A stretch of DNA of 64,000 bases. It comes from Thermoproteota archaeon (GTDB taxonomy: Archaea > Thermoproteota > EX4484-205 > JAAOZP01). Both the position numbers and the translations under genes were made by a program. This document shows, piece by piece, positions 60,601 through 64,000 of the stretch; the first letter of the stretch is position 1; each line of letters starts with the position of its first letter. Location: contig JBNAVT010000001.1 of NCBI GenBank assembly GCA_049700215.1, forward strand, positions 32,001 through 96,000. The letters are read 5' to 3'. The notes under the pieces were generated by a model. It did not search any database. It was not told the DNA's origin and saw only the letters and a list, made by a program, of their open reading frames with translations.

Positions 60601-62646
60601 GACGCAACCATCCTAGCGATACAGAGGAAAGGAGCCGTATTGTTCGGCAAGGCTGCCGACCTCCTCCTCGCCAACAAGTATAGCAAAAGGTTCGGGGATG
60701 CTGTTGGAAGCCTGCTCCAGGACGCGGGGGGAGAGCTGCCCAGGGCCGGGGATACATTGGATGCTTCTTCAGAGATCTCGAAACAAGTCTTGGAAAACGT
60801 TCCAAGCAGGGAGAGCTCAAGCAGGATACTCGACGCAATAGGAAGCATTGTTGAAAACTACTCCCCGGAGGAGATGGAGGCGAAGGGGAAGCCGATAGTA
60901 AGAAGCATAGTATCCATGTGGAGCAAGGATGGGGACAAAGCGATAGACTCGTTGAACAGCTGGCTCAGCGTCAACTCGAAGGATTTGGACAAGATGAATG
61001 GACTCGACGAGATATTGGTGGAAATCCAAAGGGAAGCGACGAAGGGCGTTGGACTAAAGATAGGGGAAATCGCAGATAACTACATCAACATTAAGGGTAA
61101 GCATGGTGAAGAGGTTGCAAATGCCTTCCTAAACACCGTCCTCAAGAATCCAGACTCGTTAGACAGCCTCATAGCCAAGGTAAACGGCATGAAATGTTAT
61201 GAGATCGATTATGGAGCTGAGCCTCGGAAAGTTACGCTAAGCAGGGGAGAGGGCGTTACCCTAAGCCTAGGAAGTGGACGTGAACTTGAGCCGGGAACTT
61301 ATAAAGCAAAACTTTACTGGGAAGGAGGTGGAAAGAGCGGGACCATGGAATTCGCGTTTTCGAAAGACGCTAAAACGGTCCATGTCTGGATACCGAAAGG
61401 CTGCGTGGATGAGATATTAGGCGAAATAGGCAGTGACGAGACAACAGTGTCTGTAACAAATGTTAGATTCTTTGAATACGTTCCTGAGCTTTATCATCCG
61501 ACGAGGTTCTTCACCGGAGGGGCGGAGGTGATGCTTGACCTCATTAACAGCAGGATCGTGGCTTACGATGAGTTTGACGGAGTAACGGGGCTCACAATAG
61601 AATCGGGGCTCCTTAGGACCGAAGAGGGGAAAGCTATTTTAGAAGTGACGACGAGAGCTAGGAACATGCAGGGCAAACCCCTCGCCCTAGCTTTCTACGA
61701 TGATGGCGTGGTGAAAATTCGTCTTGGCGACTGTGTGTATCCAATTGCCAGCGTCAAAGTAAGCATGGGGAGATGGATCGTTGAATATCCGCTGGATGGA
61801 AAGATGCATACCTCCACGAATATCGTCGGGAAACCAATCAATGTTCCGGAGAAGCTAATGTTGGCGGAGGATGTTGGCAACGTTGAAGACCGTCAGGGCG
61901 AAGTCATAAAACTGAAGGAGAGAATATTTCTAAGCGGCTATTACGTTGAGACGCTGGATGGCGTGGGGAATGAGAACATTAAGGAAAGGCTCCTGCTTAA
62001 AGTATATTTCAGCGATGATGGCGGCAACTACAGGATCTCATACTGCTGCAATCCACGTCTAGCTGTTGAAGTGCCGGAGGGGATGACTAGGATAGAGCAT
62101 ATAGAGGTACTGAAATACCTGGATACTATCAACAATCTAGATGAATGCATTCAAATGTCTGAGCAAGATCCCTCCGATACTATTTTGAAGGGTCAGGTGG
62201 GGGAGCTGATCGTCAGGACGGACGAGACCATTGTCTCCAAGCTCTTCCGTTACCGCGATGAAATCTCCGAGAAGACCGGAATCTCAAAGGATAAGATTAG
62301 CATTTGGTGGCATGAGTGGGCAGGAGATAAAGGACCAGACTTTAAGTTTATAGTTACAGAAGATGTTATTGATAAACATGGAAACTTAATTAAAGCTGAG
62401 AGCGCTATTGCTGTCGGCGAGATTAAAAGCACTTCAACTCATAGAGTAGATATTTTCGAAAGGGGAATTAATAACGGTAAGGAGGAGCTTATCAGATTCC
62501 TCGGCGACATTAAGACCGCTAAGTACGGTATCTTAGTAGTGCTCGACTATGATGTGGATAATCCCTCCAGCTCTAAGCCCTACACCCTTCCTCCAGGCAT
62601 TGGGAGTTATGAGAATCCGTATATAGAGATTATTGAGAGGAAGTGA
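57595..62646 (+). CDS. Giant secreted polymorphic-toxin-like protein with C-terminal PD-(D/E)XK nuclease-like domain
   Basis: Signal peptide; Ig/CARDB-like segment (LANNGGSAARNIRV, GDIEAGET, TYSDDEG); central hydrophobic helices; C-terminal KGQVGE...GPDF...GEIKS. Confidence 0.75.
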   Translation: MEKKIAGILLIILVLSLELNSTLLIRVSAQPEELAKKLEEYLGKAIPEDLLAEECEYVAPEGFNLTLAERLWRDFSLYVSTGCTTSELRSEVKKIYGNSSLIEATLSNGETIGLNVSGVSVERSLEDGSVSVRIPIVSSTSLNYSRYNFTKQAGFYEAWNKTLVREYRVWRREQGWYKYTMRFLETNNTVTIVSKIWGREALQNFSGIERVEWTPETGEIPIVTHVYYGGSIMVAIPGHYEDVRTVVPEQRKSFKVLFPAYDPAIIEGWVITTSISSTSLSVGETLEIAYSAEYSGGEPEPLNATLTLSAPEAFEPLNSLERRLDDTHTSGFFRLKAVKPGTYNLTLTLIGNASFSGTLGNELTYEVQVVSPPAPSLSVTILGVNTSVLKHAGLTLSLANNGGSAARNIRVEITGTSWEVVEVGAIQNVSRSMGDIEAGETRVEEFVLRLLRSSARITVKTTYSDDEGNPYLVKTYTTIYHPSFWVPEHFETYTTIVPEHEETMRVFIPGYEHATHVRLYALWDPYIVGAVLPYMCSGWVYEAREPVWGVGVPTHVPSLGLDSMPIPGIGVELPFEEGEEALTGAGVKIMVTSIEPHYEYLGVFKEDEVLRLVNASKGLLKSGNISPDYRVEPLKPYWVEGEPIVLNATQLALYQAMMDGLKKTNPDIDYEYREAVVDVRTRVGEAEPGYLILIYHPLKVVGEGPLKSVRMRNFARIGFNYRVDVETSLLTVFGKTRGENSWKHLFLGGKEDAVLLSSTLDQVYDREVAVNITLNGRLVAKARFILKHESSPYWKGFWDGLASQAWKIAITVGLMVIVGFIVPAQHVKTASYILLAAGVVMNLWEVAADIQNAYAARDFMNSLAAECVNKSKEYMSKNMPEHAREYIELARRYREAANETIDNLGINALSNLFIDVGWDEVCVALEWKEPVVLPGENRDYKIGYARGRVAGTIIHSLTYVVFFTIMIGRIKAERVMGQPLSTGQILRLMGRGLYNWITPAVWDATILAIQRKGAVLFGKAADLLLANKYSKRFGDAVGSLLQDAGGELPRAGDTLDASSEISKQVLENVPSRESSSRILDAIGSIVENYSPEEMEAKGKPIVRSIVSMWSKDGDKAIDSLNSWLSVNSKDLDKMNGLDEILVEIQREATKGVGLKIGEIADNYINIKGKHGEEVANAFLNTVLKNPDSLDSLIAKVNGMKCYEIDYGAEPRKVTLSRGEGVTLSLGSGRELEPGTYKAKLYWEGGGKSGTMEFAFSKDAKTVHVWIPKGCVDEILGEIGSDETTVSVTNVRFFEYVPELYHPTRFFTGGAEVMLDLINSRIVAYDEFDGVTGLTIESGLLRTEEGKAILEVTTRARNMQGKPLALAFYDDGVVKIRLGDCVYPIASVKVSMGRWIVEYPLDGKMHTSTNIVGKPINVPEKLMLAEDVGNVEDRQGEVIKLKERIFLSGYYVETLDGVGNENIKERLLLKVYFSDDGGNYRISYCCNPRLAVEVPEGMTRIEHIEVLKYLDTINNLDECIQMSEQDPSDTILKGQVGELIVRTDETIVSKLFRYRDEISEKTGISKDKISIWWHEWAGDKGPDFKFIVTEDVIDKHGNLIKAESAIAVGEIKSTSTHRVDIFERGINNGKEELIRFLGDIKTAKYGILVVLDYDVDNPSSSKPYTLPPGIGSYENPYIEIIERK

Positions 62647-62651
62647 TGGGA

Positions 62652-63350
62652 ATGTCTGAAGAGGAGGTAGACATGGAGCTTCTAAGGATGATAGGGAGAT
62701 ACCTTGCCGGAGGCAGGGACGAGGATTACGAAATTAAAATAAGAGGAACAACGTTCTTTGCCCCAGACGAAGATAGGACCATGGAGGGCATGCCAACGAA
62801 ATGGGTTATAAAAGGTTCTCGGTTTTATGGCATGATTTGCGGGGATGTCAACGGAAAAATAGAGGTGGAGACTAGCGGTATACGCTTCATATCAAAGCAA
62901 ATAGAGGATATTCTATGGTCAATTTATGAGAAGGAACTCCAAAAAGTCAAAAATGATGAGGAAAAGCGGAAAAAACTCATCCACGAAATGTGTCGAAAAG
63001 AGATGAGGATTCGAGAGGAACTGACGAACAGGAAAAACTGGCATAATTATTCCTCCAAGAAACCCTTTAAAGAGTTGATATATAAGATCAGATGCGGGGA
63101 CGAGGCTGCTAAGAAAGCTGGTGAAGAGTTCGGCGTCGAGGTAATCCACTGGGTGCCTTCTCCTCCGGAGGAGTTTGACCACTTTTACTCGATATTCGAC
63201 CCAAGGGGCATGAGTAGAGAACAGAGGTTCGAAGAGGTAAAGAAGAGGGTAGACGCGATCGAAAGGGCTGTACATCTTTATTACTCTCTTTCTTATGAGT
63301 ACATACCGCCCGGAGGAAAGAAGAGGCGAAAGGATAGATATATGGTTTAA
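62652..63350 (+). CDS. Candidate immunity protein 1
   Basis: Directly follows the toxin stop, no signal peptide, duplicated downstream. Confidence 0.7.
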   Translation: MSEEEVDMELLRMIGRYLAGGRDEDYEIKIRGTTFFAPDEDRTMEGMPTKWVIKGSRFYGMICGDVNGKIEVETSGIRFISKQIEDILWSIYEKELQKVKNDEEKRKKLIHEMCRKEMRIREELTNRKNWHNYSSKKPFKELIYKIRCGDEAAKKAGEEFGVEVIHWVPSPPEEFDHFYSIFDPRGMSREQRFEEVKKRVDAIERAVHLYYSLSYEYIPPGGKKRRKDRYMV

Positions 63351-63403
63351 GAGTTTAATAACTCGAGATAAATTTGCCAAGCGCGCGCTAATGATAGGGA
63401 AGG

Positions 63404-63735
63404 CGGCATAAGTGGGTAGAAGATCATGAGCCTGACTTTAAGTTTATAGTTCAGAAGATGTTGTAGCGCGCGTGCTCAAAGCTAAGAGCTTCATAGCTGT
63501 CGACGAGATTAAAAGCACTTTAACTCATGATTCAGAGGTCTTTAGGGACCAACTTAATTCAGGTAGGTCTCAACTTGCCGAATCCTTTGCCGAAATCGAG
63601 ACCACTAAGTATGGTATTCTGGTTGTGCTAGATTGTGGCATAGAGAACTCATCCGGCCCTAGGCCCTAAGCCATTCCTTCAAGCATTGGCAATTATGAGA
63701 ACCCATATATGGAAATTATTAGAAGAGGAGGGTGA
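63404..63735 (+). pseudogene. Decayed orphan copy of the toxin C-terminal tip
   Basis: Aligns to 62308-62646 (GACTTTAAGTTTATAGTT, GAGATTAAAAGCACTT, CTAAGTAYGGTAT); has indels and a TAC->TAA stop at 63667. Confidence 0.85.
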
Positions 63736-63740
63736 TGAAA

Positions 63741-64000
63741 ATGTCTGAAGAGGAGTTAGACATGGAGCTTCTAAGGATGATAGGGAGATACCTAACTGGG
63801 GGAGGAGATGACTATGAGATCAAAACATCCGGTCCAGAATTGTATAGAACTATGGAAGATAAGCCGATGAAATGGGTCGTCAAGAGCCCCCAGTTTTACG
63901 GCTTAGTTTGCGGAGATATCGATGGAAAAATAGAGGTGGAGACTTCTGGCTTTGATAATATATCGGAAAGAATATTGGAAATAGTGTTCTCTCTGTATAA
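63741..64000 (+). CDS. Candidate immunity protein 2 (paralog; runs off window end)
   Basis: MSEEELDMELLRMIGRYLTGG..DYEIK...KWVVK..QFYGLVCGDIDGKIEVETSG, homologous to the 62652 protein; frame open to the end. Confidence 0.85.
   Translation, partial: MSEEELDMELLRMIGRYLTGGGDDYEIKTSGPELYRTMEDKPMKWVVKSPQFYGLVCGDIDGKIEVETSGFDNISERILEIVFSLY

Noticed and set aside
1-64000. CRISPR array associated with cas6
   Set aside because: No regularly spaced direct repeats seen anywhere in the window

Overview
Archaeal genomic window, probably a TACK/Thermoproteota-type lineage (inferred from gene order and a cbf5 intron). The conserved core contains a porGDAB operon, the S19-to-secY ribosomal superoperon, cbf5 split by a 13-nt bulge-helix-bulge intron, an intron-containing tRNA-Ser(GGA), the S13/S4/S11/rpoD-to-S2 cluster with rps11 inverted, mvk/fni/gltX, the L7Ae-aIF5B-aIF2g-rpoE-KEOPS cluster, a thr operon, S15/RecJ/Pcc1, a methanogen-type SerRS, S3Ae and a YchF-like GTPase. 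Accessory patches lie between these blocks: a cas6 remnant, toxin-antitoxin pairs, decayed surface-protein genes, and an AT-rich TGT-like + LAGLIDADG island bounded by a duplicated rdgB 3' end. The strongest candidate novel system is at the right end (56.4-64 kb), an apparent archaeal polymorphic-toxin locus. It has a membrane-anchored coiled-coil partner, a 1683-aa secreted protein ending in a PD-(D/E)XK-like nuclease, a coupled candidate immunity gene, a decayed orphan toxin tip and a second immunity paralog. A degenerate paralogous locus head sits at about 4 kb. Short (GC)n palindromes recur at rearrangement junctions. All calls come from manual motif reading; no database searches were run.
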